A DNA stretch of 64,000 nucleotides from assembly GCA_964016885.1 (NCBI GenBank), contig OZ024750.1, positions 5,270,001 through 5,334,000 of the forward strand, read 5' to 3'. Positions within the stretch are counted from its first letter, which is position 1. Every line of letters starts with the position of its first letter. Below the pieces are notes generated by a model. It was not told the origin of the DNA and did no database searches. It saw nothing but the letters and a program-made list of their open reading frames with translations. Positions 12,671 to 24,949 of the stretch are shown piece by piece. This DNA is from Eledone cirrhosa (Eukaryota). The position numbers and the translations under genes are program-made.

Positions 12671-13738
12671 TATCTCTCCCCATCCGGCCCTCTATTGGAT
12701 AAATCACTAAACAATAAAAAATAAAGGGGAACAACTTTATCATCAATTTATCTAGTTGCTTTACGTTTTACATGAGACTTAGGTGAGTTGATAAAGATTT
12801 ACTTTAAATTTGTTATAATGTAAGTAAATAATAGAATTATACCCCACTTGGACAATATAGTGATAATATAGGAATTTTTAAAAAATCAACGTAGGAGAAC
12901 AGGCAATCTTGTCCATTATGTGCCTACTTTAAATGATTTACGATGATGGAGCATGTAAAAAACAAATAAGTTTCATTTTATTATAGATACATGTAAATTA
13001 ACTAAATATTTAATTGTTTTGTAATACTCCTACTTCTAAAATAAATTTATTTGCAGTATCGTTACCTATAAATGTTTTTTTAAAGAAATGCTTAATGTTT
13101 TAAACGGGAGGCGGCGACTTATCGTTACAACGCCGAATAGAATGCTTTGCAGTATTGGTTCAAATGCTAGCGAGGTTAGTCTTACCTTTCCTCCTTTCGA
13201 GATCAATAAAAAAAGGTAGGGCGATATCCAATTTTACCGCCTGATTTGCTGCTGATGCTGCTTACTTGGTGACTTGCTGCTTGTTGCTTATGTTATTTCA
13301 CCTTTAATAATATCTGCATTGAAATGACCGGCAGGGAGCTAGTTATGCCAATTCGTGTAAAATACCCAAAGATTATGTATATTAATATAAGTTTCACTTT
13401 ATGAATTTCAGTTTAAAATCAATTATAAGATAATCACCGACAGAGGACTAATATAAGTGAGAAAGTGATACTTATAATTTTGGGTTATTTTCCACAATAA
13501 AGTGAAACTTATATTAATATACATAATCTTTGGGTATTTTCAACGAATTGGCGTAACTAGCTCCCTGCCGGTCATTTCAATGCAGATATTATTAAAGGTG
13601 AAATAACATAGTTCTGTTATCTTATAATTGATTTTAAACTGAAATTCATTCGTTCGAAAACATTCATTGAACACTGTACCACCAACCAGATTGCTGTTAT
13701 AAATTACAACCTTGTTTTGGAATTACTGAATAAAGAAA

Positions 13739-14562
13739 ATGCCTGGACGTCCACCTGCACCAATTTTCATTGTTGAAAATGTTAATTCATCACAGCAGAC
13801 GTTAAATATGGATTTGAAAATGACGGAACTGGCGATTTTAACTGCAAACAAACTCAGTATTATTGAATTTATGGCTCGGAACCGATTAGTTTCAAACACT
13901 ATGAACTGTCCTTCATGTAATATTTCCTGTTCGTTTGTAAGTTACAAAGAAGCAATCGACCAATTTCGATGGAAATGTAAGGTATGCAGTTTTACCAAAT
14001 CTGTCCGTTCTGGGTCATTTTTTTTTTGAAGCCACTTAGATTTACATCAAATGAGTTATATGATTTACTTCTGGTCAATTGGGTCCGAAAATATTCTTAT
14101 TGCTGACGAGATTCGGTGTAGTGAAAACACCATTACTGACTGGTGCAACTTTTTACGGGACGGGACGTGTGCAGTGAATGGGTGGAGCGAAACCCATCAA
14201 TACTCGGTGGAATGGATGATGCCGGGGTCCCAATAGTTGTACAAATCGATGAAAGTAAATACTTTCATCGAAAGTACGCTCGTGAGACCTGGCATGGAGG
14301 CCATTGTGTCATTGGTGGGATCGATACCAATAATCCCAGAAAAATTATTCTTGAAGAAGTCCCAGACCGCACTGCTGAGACCCTGCTACCCATTATTGAA
14401 AACCATGTGCTGAGTGGATCCATGATACATACGGACCGATGGCGTGCGTACAATCGCATACGACATATGCGTGGTAATCATTCACTAAATTTTGTTGATC
14501 CGGTATCAGGAACGCATACCCAACACATTGAAGGACTCTGGTCTCATGCCAAAAATAAATAA
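13739..14562 (+). pseudogene. Merlin/IS1595-family DDE transposase, frameshifted
   Basis: Zn ribbon CPSC...WKCKVC, SVRSGSFF, TITDWCNFLRD, VQIDESKYFHRKY, VPDRTAETLLPII, IHTDRWRAY, NHSLNFVDP, HTQHIEGLWSHAK. Frameshifts at the T-run near 14018-14027 and a 5-bp CGGGA duplication near 14156-14165; premature TAA at 14560. Confidence 0.9.
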
Positions 14563-14924
14563 ATGGCACTAGCCGACCCATGTTTCAGTCATATTTGAAT
14601 GAATTGATGTGGCGGTGGTGAAATGACAGCTTTATGAGTGGAGGCGGTAGATGTTTCTCAAAGATTTTAAACTGTATATCGGAACAATATATTGTTTAAA
14701 GAAATATTTTTTTTCTTTTTTATTGTTGCGATATAGTTTAAAATTTGCTTCCAAAAGTTCAAAAAGATATAAATCTTTAAAAAAATTATAATAATTCTTT
14801 ATTATTATTTTCTTTTTCTGTAAATAATTATTTTTCTATATATCTCAAACCCTGCCAAACACCACATCTGTCCATCTGTAAATTTAAATGACTGTTCTTT
14901 CATACTTATCCTCTTCAACTACAC

Positions 14925-15060
14925 ATGGATATTTGTCTTGCTGTGGAGAAGGAATTAGAAACAGTTTTATCAAAATTCACTGCTATTCGGGAACATACAA
15001 AGCGAACTTTGGGTGACATACCAACTTCTGTTGATAATATAAGGAAAGAAATCAGTGAAG
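14925..15060 (+). pseudogene. RMND5: Captured first coding exon of RMND5/GID2 (CTLH E3 ligase subunit), isolated fragment
   Basis: MDICLAVEKELETVLSKFTAIREHTKRTLGDIPTSVDNIRKEISE resembles the RMND5A N-terminus (MDQCVTVERELEKVLHKF..., recalled from memory) and ends at AG|GTATTT. No further RMND5 exons are seen in the window. Confidence 0.75.
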
Positions 15061-15147
15061 GTATTTATTATATTTTGATTGCATTTTTATTACAACCACT
15101 AATACTTACTATTATCGGTAGAGCGTCGGAGAGCAATGTTTGTGACA

Positions 15148-15900
15148 TATATTCTACAGAGGGCTGGTGGCTAGCAGGAGCGACGACACTCTTGGCGATT
15201 CCCTAGGCATGGAGGAAAATGAACTGGCCAGCCTGTTCGGTAGGACATTTGGCCCGGGACCCATGGACAACTTCCAGGGGTCCTTGGCCTGGCAGTTCTA
15301 CCGAGGGGCCCTGCCCGTTCGGGAAAGGCTCTACAGACACGGATTCCGGGACGGAAACCCCTTGGAAAAGAAATGTCCCAGATGCGTTTGCAACGAGGAA
15401 ACCGTTAAGCACGCATTAGTACAATGTCCTGGCATTGCCAATCTGTGGGGATATGTCGCTGGCCAACAAATTAATCCTCTTCTTCAGATACCACTTCGAA
15501 AGAAGGATCAAAGTGGAGAGAAAGGCACTCAGTCCCAGCCAATTCCATGAAAGATGGGTGAAAGTAGCAATAATGGCCCGTGTAAGTGGGCCATCTCTCT
15601 ATATCGGCTTGTACAGGTAAGAGAAGAAGGGAGCACCCCCTCTCTCTGTGCTCCCTGGCAGAAAGGTCGCACACTTTCTACGGGGGTGTGTGTGACCCCA
15701 AAAGGCTGCCTCTCTATTGAGGACTTAATTTTTTATATTCCTTTTTAATCACTCATTAAATGTTTGTACTTGATTTTTGTAAAAACTTCCCCCGCCTAAT
15801 GCCCCAGTGGCAAATAAATCGCCCCCAAAAAAAAAAAAAAAACGTGTCAAATAAAGAAATCTATGCCCCAGTGGCAAATAAATCGCAAAAAAAAAAAAAA
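15148..15900 (+). mobile_element. Tx1/L1-clade LINE 3' fragment (zf-RVT region) with poly(A) end, nested in the Merlin element
   Basis: LAWQFYRGALPVRERLYRHG...KKCPRCVCNEETVKHALVQCP; homologous to 29421-30062 with an internal deletion. Confidence 0.85.
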
Positions 15901-17279
15901 ACCAAGAAACTAATAAAAACGTTGCAAATAAATAAATCTATATTTCTTTTAATGGCTAAAAAAAAGGGAATGTAAATTTGTTGGAATAGCCTCATACAGT
16001 GAAGTAGGTAAGTAGCACAAGTTAAGCAACAAGCAGCAAGTCACCAAGTAAGCAGCAACTACAGCACGTAAGCATCAACAGCAGCAATTTGGGCGGTAAA
16101 ATTGGATATCGCCAAAAGTAGCAGTCCTGGGGGGAATATTCTTCCTATATATTCTTTTCTCTCCTCTAGAAGATATCGGCTATATTCAGACCTGGGGCTG
16201 GAGATTGGCCCCACCACGTGCTCAAGAGTGGGTGTACGATGGCCCTACCGCCCTATCAGGAGTTACGGTTTCCTATATATATATATATATGGTCACCCGA
16301 CCTGGCATTGCCCACAACAGGACAACCCGTCTAACCCATGCTAGCCTGGAAGAATGGACGTAAAACGGTGATGATGATAATAATTGTTTTTACCTTTTGA
16401 CACAAGCCCAGCGCATTACTGGTACTTTATTTTATCGACCCCGTAAGGATGAAAGGCAAAGTTAACCTCGGCGGGATTTGAACTCAGAATGGCAAGGGCC
16501 GTAACTCTATGTGTCAAAGCATGGCGTCCGACCCTCTACCGATACTGCCAATCCACATGTTTTAGCGGACAAAATTTATGCAGTTTAATATAGCATATTT
16601 AATCTACACATCCCTTGCGTTAGGTGGGAAATAATTGTCTTTCCTTGTTTTGTTTGTTTATTTGTTTTATTTATTTATTTATTTATTTGTGGGGTTTCTG
16701 GACCTCTTTGATTCTTGGAGTCGACTTTATTCCAGGACAAAAGAAACCGTAACCCTAAACATAAAAAAGTCAAGGAGTTGATGGGAGGGCTATAGTCGCC
16801 TAAGAGGAGGACTTCTTATGAAGTTAGCAGATGGTCTGCCAGAACACATTATTGCTTGTACCATAAGTGCAAGAAGAAGGACTTATTTCCTAGCTAAGCT
16901 TCATAAGTCTCCTTTGATTAGATGACGTATTTGACCACTTTATGGAATCAACAGGTCCTCTTGCCACACCAATCTCATACAGTTTATCAGTATAAAAAAT
17001 GGAGTATAATATCCACTGTTAAATCTCTACTTTTTAACTATCCTCTATATCTTATACTGTTTCTTTACTATTTCAGAATATAACATGACATGAGGGAATG
17101 TTTTACATCAGATATATCATCAATATTTGTCATCTTTTAAAGACTACAGGAAGATGTTGTACACAACAAATATAACCTGGTTTTATATAAATCAAGTAAA
17201 ATTATTGAGAAATATTTCTTATGAACTGAGATTTAGAGCAACATTTCTTGAGAACATGTATTGAGAAAGGAAAAGAATC

Positions 17280-19361
17280 ATGCAACACTGTGACCTGACT
17301 ACTCATGAGCATACCCATACAGGAGAGAAACCATATCACTGTGATATTTGTGGTAAACCTTTCTCTGTAGGAATTAGTTTAATAAGACACAAACATACTC
17401 ATACAGGAGAGAAACCTTATAACTGTGATATCTGTGGTAGATCATTCACTCAAAGAAGTACTTTAAATAATCATAAACGTATTCATACAGGAGAGAAACC
17501 ATACCACTGTGATATTTGTGGTAAATCTTTCTCTGAAATAAGTAGCTTATCAAAACACAGACGTACCCATACAGGAGAGAAACCATATCACTGTGATATC
17601 TGTGGTAAATCTTTCACTGAAAGAAGTAACGTAGCAAAACACAAACGTTCCCATACAGGAGAAAAACCATATCACTGTAATATTTGTGGTAAACCTTTCA
17701 CTGAAAAAAGTAGCTTAACAAATCACAAACTTACTCATACAGGAGAGAAACCATATCAGTGTGATATTTGTGGCAAATCTTTCTCTAGAGGAAATAACTT
17801 AACTTCTCACAAACGTACCCATTCAGGAGAGAAACCCTATCACTGTGATATCTGTGGGATATCATATTCTCAGAAAAGTTGCTTAACTGATCACAGACGT
17901 ACTCATACCGGAGAGGAACCCTATCACTGTGAAATATGTGGTAAATCTTTCTCTCGAAGAGGTACTTTATATGTTCACAAACGTATTCATATAGGAAAGA
18001 AACTCTATGAGTGTGATATCTGTGGTAAATCATTCTCTAAAATTTATCGTCTAAATAGCCACAAACAAATTCATACAGGAGAGAAACTATTTCACTGTGA
18101 TATCTGTGGTAAATCATTTTCTGTAGAAGGTCACTTAAATACTCATAAATCTACCCATACAGTAGAGAAACCATATCACTGTGATATTTGTGGTAAATCA
18201 TTTTCACACCAATGTAACCTCATTACTCATGAACGTACCCATACAGGAGAGAAACCATTTCACTGTGATATTTGTGGTAAATCTTTCCTTGGAGGAAGTA
18301 GCTTAACAAAACACAAACGTACTCATACAGGAGAGAAACCATATCACTGTGATATTTGTGGTAAATCATTTTCACACCAATGTAACCTCATTACTCATGA
18401 ACGTACCCATACAGGAGAGAAACCATTTCACTGTGATATTTGTGGTAAATCTTTCCTTGGAGGAAGTAGCTTAACAAAACACAAACGTACTCATACAGGA
18501 GAGAAACCATATCACTGTGATATTTGTGATAAATCTTTCTCTGTAGGAATTAGTTTAATAAGACACAAACGTGCTCATACAGGAGAGAAACCTTATAACT
18601 GTGATATCTGTGGTAGATCATTCACTCGAAGAGGTACCTTAAATAATCATAAACGTATTCATACAGGAGAGAAACCATATCACTGTGACATCTGTGGTAA
18701 ATCTTTCTCTGAAAAAAGTAGCTTAACAAAACACAAACGTACCCATACAGGAGAGAAACCATATCACTGTGACATCTGTGGTAAATCTTTCTCTGAAGTA
18801 AGTAGCTTAACAAAACACAAACGTACCCATACAGGAGAGAAACCATATCACTGTAATATTTGTGGTAAATCTTTCCTCGAAGGAAGTAGCTTAACGAATC
18901 ACAAACTTACTCATACAGGAGAGAAACCATATCAGTGTGATATTTGTGGCAAATCTTTCTCTAGAGGAAATAACTTAACTTCTCACAAACGTACCCATTC
19001 AGGAGAGAAACCCTATCACTGTGATATCTGTGGGATATCATATTCTCAGAAAAGTTGCTTAACTGATCACAGACGTACTCATACAGGAGAGGAACCGTAT
19101 CAGTGTGAAATATGTGGTAAATCTTTCTCTCGAAGAGGTACTTTATATGCTCACAAACGTATTCATATAGGAAAGAAACTATATGAGTGTGATATCTGTG
19201 GTAAATCATTCTCTAAAATTTGTCACCTAACTAGCCACAAACAAATTCATACAGGAGAGAAACTATTTCACTGCGATATCTGTGGTAAATCATTTTCTGT
19301 AGAAGGTCACTTAAATACTCATAAATGTACCCATACAGGAGAGAAAAACCTATCACTCTGA
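17280..19361 (+). CDS. Tandem C2H2 zinc-finger protein, 693 aa, 24 complete fingers, no effector domain seen
   Basis: 28-aa repeats CxxCxxxFx8Hx3H with TGEKP linkers. Upstream splice acceptor tttcag| at 17076/17077 implies a separate 5'UTR exon. Confidence 0.93.
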   Translation: MQHCDLTTHEHTHTGEKPYHCDICGKPFSVGISLIRHKHTHTGEKPYNCDICGRSFTQRSTLNNHKRIHTGEKPYHCDICGKSFSEISSLSKHRRTHTGEKPYHCDICGKSFTERSNVAKHKRSHTGEKPYHCNICGKPFTEKSSLTNHKLTHTGEKPYQCDICGKSFSRGNNLTSHKRTHSGEKPYHCDICGISYSQKSCLTDHRRTHTGEEPYHCEICGKSFSRRGTLYVHKRIHIGKKLYECDICGKSFSKIYRLNSHKQIHTGEKLFHCDICGKSFSVEGHLNTHKSTHTVEKPYHCDICGKSFSHQCNLITHERTHTGEKPFHCDICGKSFLGGSSLTKHKRTHTGEKPYHCDICGKSFSHQCNLITHERTHTGEKPFHCDICGKSFLGGSSLTKHKRTHTGEKPYHCDICDKSFSVGISLIRHKRAHTGEKPYNCDICGRSFTRRGTLNNHKRIHTGEKPYHCDICGKSFSEKSSLTKHKRTHTGEKPYHCDICGKSFSEVSSLTKHKRTHTGEKPYHCNICGKSFLEGSSLTNHKLTHTGEKPYQCDICGKSFSRGNNLTSHKRTHSGEKPYHCDICGISYSQKSCLTDHRRTHTGEEPYQCEICGKSFSRRGTLYAHKRIHIGKKLYECDICGKSFSKICHLTSHKQIHTGEKLFHCDICGKSFSVEGHLNTHKCTHTGEKNLSL

Positions 19362-21056
19362 TATCTAGTAAATCTTTTTCCAAAGGAAGTAGCTTGATTA
19401 AACACAAACATATTCACACAGAAGAGAAACCATATCACTGTGATATCTGTGCTGAATCATTCTCTCAAAAAGTTCACTTAAGTATACATGTATGTATTCA
19501 TACAGAAAAGTGGCTACATTAATGACAAAATACATTCTCCAGAAAAAAATCTCTTGTATAGCATGATTTATTCACTCAAGAAATATATTACTGTATCCTA
19601 TATAGTTTCAACTTTATCTACATTAGTAAGATAACTTTATACAGTGATATTTTTAATAAAAGAATGTTTTCAAATTACCTCATTATTATCCTCATCACTG
19701 ATTAATTTCTATTTTCCATGCTTGTATGGAAAATACACACATCCAAAGTTTAACCCCCTCTTCCCTAATCTAACCCATGCCGGCATGGAAAGCTTCCCAA
19801 TACACTGCCAGATGCAACTCACACTCTCAATGGCCAGAGATGGTGCCATGATACACCCAGCCTAGTCTGTAAAATGGTAGTGCTGGTGCTCTGAAGAAAA
19901 GCACCAAGTCCACCCTGTATTGTGGTGGTGCTGGAGTCACGAAAAATGTTCCAAGTACATGCTGTAAAGTGGTTTTTGTTAGGAAGGGCTCCGAGCCGTA
20001 GCAAGCAAGACATTGTAAAGCAAAGCAACCAGCACTCGCGTAGCAAAACAACTCATGAAGACCATTGGAGTTAGAAATAAGAAAACAAAAAATATCTTGT
20101 CAGATCCATCCGTCTTGGCAACCATCACAGTTGATGCAGAAGTTTCCAGCATTTTCTGTTTCACTTCACACTTTTTTATTCAGACACTCTTCTTGTTTGT
20201 AAAAAGAAGTCTGTAAAAATACATGCTTTTGTTGTAAAAAATTATAAATAATTGAAAGCCCAAACAATGTGTATAAGGAATTAAAACTGATTTATTCAAA
20301 ATTTTCAGTCTTAAAATACTTTCAAGAAATCATCATAAGATAGGGTTTTTTTTCTTCTTGTTGGTTAAGGGTTGGACGGACTAAGTTGAAAGTTTTCAAA
20401 AATCATCCTAAAAGTTGTCAGAAGCTGAAGAAACATATTATATGTATTAGGTTACATTTTTCTCTTCTTTTCCCAAGTGTGAGATTTGAAAGGGAGAGAC
20501 TATATATATTTTCAAATAAATGTTAGTGTTGATTAACAGTGAAACAAGCCATAGCTGAAGTGAAATCCTGTGTACATCTTGGAAAATAAATCTACAAGAA
20601 TTCATGGGGCCGCAGAAATTGTACCCAATACACCCTGTAAGGTGGTTTACAATGGGAAGGGCATCCAGCTATAGACAATTTGCCAAAGAAAGAGTGAAGG
20701 GGATTTTCCAATTTTGTGAAGTGCACAACAAACTTCTCAAGTGTTGGTGACAGGATAAAACAGCTAGTTGTAAGGATCATATGCTCAATTTCCAGGCACA
20801 TGCAATAAAAATATAGATATTAAATCATTTCTGGCACTTTTATGTATAAATGCTATCATTTATTATACATATAAGAAAATCATCTCAGTTGCATTTCCAT
20901 TGGTTATTAATAAATTGTAACATGTCATATAGATTGGTCATCATTTCTTAGTGAAATTTCCACTGGGTCAGCTAGTATGTATATATGTGGAACATAATAA
21001 GGACGTAACAAAATACTGCTAGGAATTTCATCCTACGCTCTTCCAAGTCTGCCATA

Positions 21057-21550
21057 TCAGTGTTCTTTATAAGATTTAATAATGGAATCCCATCTTTTTT
21101 CAATTTCATCTCTTGGTTTCCTCCAAATCCTGTGAAGAAGAGGCCAACCAGTGGCAGCTGTGTCCAGTGGGTAATCATTTGTGCGGTCTTTTAGATAGGT
21201 GTACCAGCCAATTGCTAAAGACTGGGAAATGCGACTACATATTAACACATGCAAAGCATTACGTTCTGCTGCATTCATGTGAAATTCTGATAAATACCCA
21301 GATAAAATATATCCACCTACATCTATTGGATCAACTAATTTGTCCTTAATCATCATGTAACATATGGCTATAGCAACATCAAAAATAAAATATGAACAAC
21401 TGGCATCAGCAAAATCAATGATTCCTGATATAACAAAGTCTGACTTTGTCTTCTGTGCAGTTATATACTGATGATCGGAACTTGGTTCAGCAGTTGGAGT
21501 GCGTTCCTTAACTAAAACATTGAAATCATTGAGGTCACCATGGATTTGAC
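21057..21550 (-). CDS. HYKK: Hydroxylysine kinase-like (AGPHD1, APH/choline-kinase fold), terminal exon
   Basis: ttacag|; (G)QIHGDLNDFNVLV...SGIIDFADASCSYFIFDVAIAICYMM...SRISQSLAIG...NDYPLDTAATGWPLL; stop TGA at 21057. Confidence 0.9.
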
Positions 21551-22554
21551 CTGTAAGAAATAATTGGATGTTAGCTTGTATTTTAACATTAACAAAAGAA
21601 CAAAATTTGAAATAGAAAGGAAAGGAGCTGGTCCATTCAGATTAGACTAAACAAAAGAATGGTTCCTTTAGTCCTTTCATTGCTGATAATGATTTCTACT
21701 TTAGACACAAGGCCAGTAATTTAGGGAGAGGGGAAAGTCGATTAAATCGACCCCAGTGCATTACTGGTGTTTTATTTTATCGACCCCTGTAAGGATGAAA
21801 GGCAAAGCTAACCTCTGCAGGATTTGAACTCAGAACGCAAAGGGCCAAAACTATGCCACGAAGCATGGCGTCCGACGCTCTACCAATACTGTCAATCCAC
21901 CACCCTTCCATTGCTAATAATATAAATATGTTTATCAGATATTATGGCAGAAAAAAGAAGGATTTGAACTCAGAATGCATAGGGATAGCTCAGATAATGA
22001 CTTAATAATTCCACCACCCCTGGATTGCTATTTTTTTTATCAAATCCAAAAGGATGAGAAGCAAAGTTTACCTCAGAATTTGAATTAGTGTGCAAGGAAC
22101 CAAAACATGGAGGAATTTAATTTGATGCCCTAACAACTCTGCCATTTCACTGTTGTTTATGGTTTAGAAAGAGGAGGAGGTGCAGCAGCCATCAGTCTTT
22201 TAGGGACTTCCAAAACTGGAGAGGTTAAAGAGGAAGAAACTACGATACATAGCTTACTGTACAATGGACCTTCATCAGTTTCAATGATGAGTATTTTAAG
22301 GATTCAATCAATGGAACAGCCTGCTCATGAAATTAATGTGTAAGTGGCTGAGCATTCCACAAACGTGTAATTTAAGAGGTGAGAAAGTTTGCAGGAGCAG
22401 GAAGAAAGCTACTTAAAGGTTCCATTTGCTTTCCCAATGAGTCAACTATATCAATCTCTACAGACTTAGAAAGCCTTTTAAAATGTTTTGGGGGATTGTC
22501 ACTCATTTATTTGACTGACCTGCTAAAAAGTAAAGAAATATTTGGTAATTTTAC

Positions 22555-22732
22555 CCCTTTGAAAGTCTGGCATGGCAGGAATGATTTCTTCAATGAATGC
22601 ATCAACAACATCTTCAATCAGATTTCGGTTACTTTCGTCTTCAATGACAGCAGCATATTGTTTGACTCTTGGAACAGTATTTAAACTCCAACTGCTGGTA
22701 GAGACTTCATTGAAGAATGAATGATGAAAACC
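22555..22732 (-). CDS. HYKK: HYKK-like exon 4
   Basis: cctag| ... |gtaaaa; GFHHSFFNEVSTSSWSLNTVPRVKQYAAVIEDESNRNLIEDVVDAFIEEIIPAMPDFQR; phase 0 to 1. Confidence 0.88.
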
Positions 22733-23991
22733 CTAGGAACAGAAATATTCTGACTGTTTAGTTTGAAGTTTTGTCAATACTGACTTCTCGAAATGAGAGA
22801 ATCCAGTATTGGCAACACTTTGAAGTAAACAACCTCTCTTAATGGGTTCTGATTTAGACACAAAGCCAACAAATTTGAGGGAGGGGATAGTCAATTAACC
22901 TTTAACGCTTCAGCATTTAAACCGTCCGTATCCGGCTGTAACTGGTTGCTCATAGTGATGTTAAGGTATTGCTCTCCAAATGAATAACATCAAAATCTCG
23001 TAGATTCGATATTATATGAGATAATTATGTGGGATAAAGTGTTTACCGTGAAAATATAATAGTATATATAGAGTAATGTAAACGCTAAAGGGTTAAAATA
23101 GTCGGCGACAATAGAGTAATATCCCCTTGATTTATAATGCAGTGTCAAGGGACGCAATTCATAAAACAATTCAGAATGCTGAACGTTAAATTGACCCTTG
23201 TACTTTATAGTACTTTATGTTATCGACCCCGTAAGGCAAACCTAACATCAGCGGGATTTGAATTCAGAACGTAAAGGGCTGTAACTTTATGCCGTCATCA
23301 CTTACACACAATCCCTCGCACTACCAAGTGTATTTTATTGTGACACCAGAACTAGGGAGGTTGTCTTATCTTTGTTCAGGGTTGGACTCTTGAGGCCCTA
23401 AAGCTATATGAAATTTGTGGCTTGAGGCCCTTCTCTAAAAAAAAAATTTGATAAAAAAAATTATAATAATTTTACATAATAACTATTTTTTATATTAATT
23501 TGAATGATAAAGAACAAATAATATATAAATATATATAATACATTTTTGATGATTTAGTGTTAAAAACTAATGATAAAATAGACAGTGATGATGAGTGTGA
23601 TTCTAAACTATAGCTTATTTAGTTTATAGGTAAGTGTAGCACTGCCCTTAATGCAGCTGAAGAGTCCTCCAAACCCTTTGTTTGGCAGGTTTTTTATGGC
23701 TGGATGCCCCCCCTATCACCAAACGCTTCACAGAGTGTGCTGTGTATATCCATGTAATAACTGACCCTATAAATTTAACCTATAAAAATGGCTTAACTTT
23801 TACATGAGTAAATATATCATCATCATCATTGGCAGCTCAGTCTCAGAAGACCCTATTTAATGTGCCTGGAGTTATGTCTAGTCACAGGGATCGTCTGTTG
23901 TGACTGTACAGACCGATATGTGAGTGACAGTCCTTGTTACACTTGGTGCAGATACATGAGTAAGTATATATTTTAATGTAAAGAAACATAC

Positions 23992-24143
23992 CTTCAAAGA
24001 TTCATGCATGGAACCGATTACCTTCCCAAATTCATAAAGAAGAGATGGTACTAATGGAGCTTTACTAATCACCACTCCGGGAAGAAAAGTTTGAAGTATA
24101 ACCATGTGTTGTAAGGTTTCACTCTTTCCAAAGCTGTTCGTAT
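23992..24143 (-). CDS. HYKK: HYKK-like exon 3
   Basis: ttgtag| ... |gtatgt; (D)TNSFGKSETLQHMVILQTFLPGVVISKAPLVPSLLYEFGKVIGSMHESLK; phase 1 to 0. Confidence 0.88.
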
Positions 24144-24841
24144 CTACAATATAAAATTTGATAATGAGTACTATAGAGTAGACCATATAAAGCTCATACT
24201 CTTGTTATTTCTAGATTAAGGCCAACAACATTTTTACACAATAAAGGTATAGTTGTTTTGTTTTTTTTCATAAACCTTATTTTCTTATTTTTGCAGATTT
24301 TTTTTTTTTACCAGATACCTACAATGGATTATTCCTTCACTGAAAAAAAGCAAAATGATCTTGTTGGTATAAATGAACTAAAAGTGAAATAACATTTGAT
24401 AAAATATATATAAAGAAACTTTAGTTGTCTTCCTTTAGTATGTAAAAATGTTGTTAGGCTTCATCAACATATAAAAAGTATGTATTTATGGTCCCATAAT
24501 TCTTGAGGGAATTGTGGGGGTGTTGTATTGACATACGGCGTTTCATTATTTTAAACCTGGAAGAACCTATTTCCTTTCCAGGTTTGAATACAGCAGATTT
24601 CTTCCAGAAAAGGATGGAGAGAGTGAGAAAGGGATATAGAAGAAGAATCAACCCCAGTATTTGACTGGTACTTTTTTTTTTATTGATCTTGAATGGAAGA
24701 AAGACAAAACTGACCTTGGTGAGACAGCAGAGAGTTGAAACAAATACTACAAAGCATTCTATTCGACAGTCTAACGACTGACAATTCGCGTCTATTAAAA
24801 AATATGGTAATGAAAAGGTTAATAATTATCCTGATAAATAC

Positions 24842-24949
24842 CTGTTGATATTTTTTCCAGTGACATTAACTTGCCATTTAAGTTATGTATACGTTTTGGG
24901 GTTGGTACTCCTCTCTTGCAAACATAGTCACTTAACGTGTATAAACCAT
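24842..24949 (-). CDS. HYKK: HYKK-like exon 2
   Basis: tggcag| ... |gtattt; (D)GLYTLSDYVCKRGVPTPKRIHNLNGKLMSLEKIST; phase 1 to 1. Confidence 0.82.

Larger units (their letters stand above)
13220..16113 (+). mobile_element. Merlin (IS1595/IS1016-like) DNA transposon with cargo
   Basis: Perfect 22-bp TIR GGCGATATCCAATTTTACCGCC (13220) / GGCGGTAAAATTGGATATCGCC (to 16113), extended subterminal inverted match GCTGCTTACTTGGTGACTTGCTGCTTGTTGCTTA, and 8-bp TSD AAAGGTAG / AAAAGTAG (1 mismatch). Confidence 0.9.

Noticed and set aside
17785-19209. Antisense ORFs over the zinc-finger gene
   Set aside because: Shadow frames of the repetitive sense ORF.
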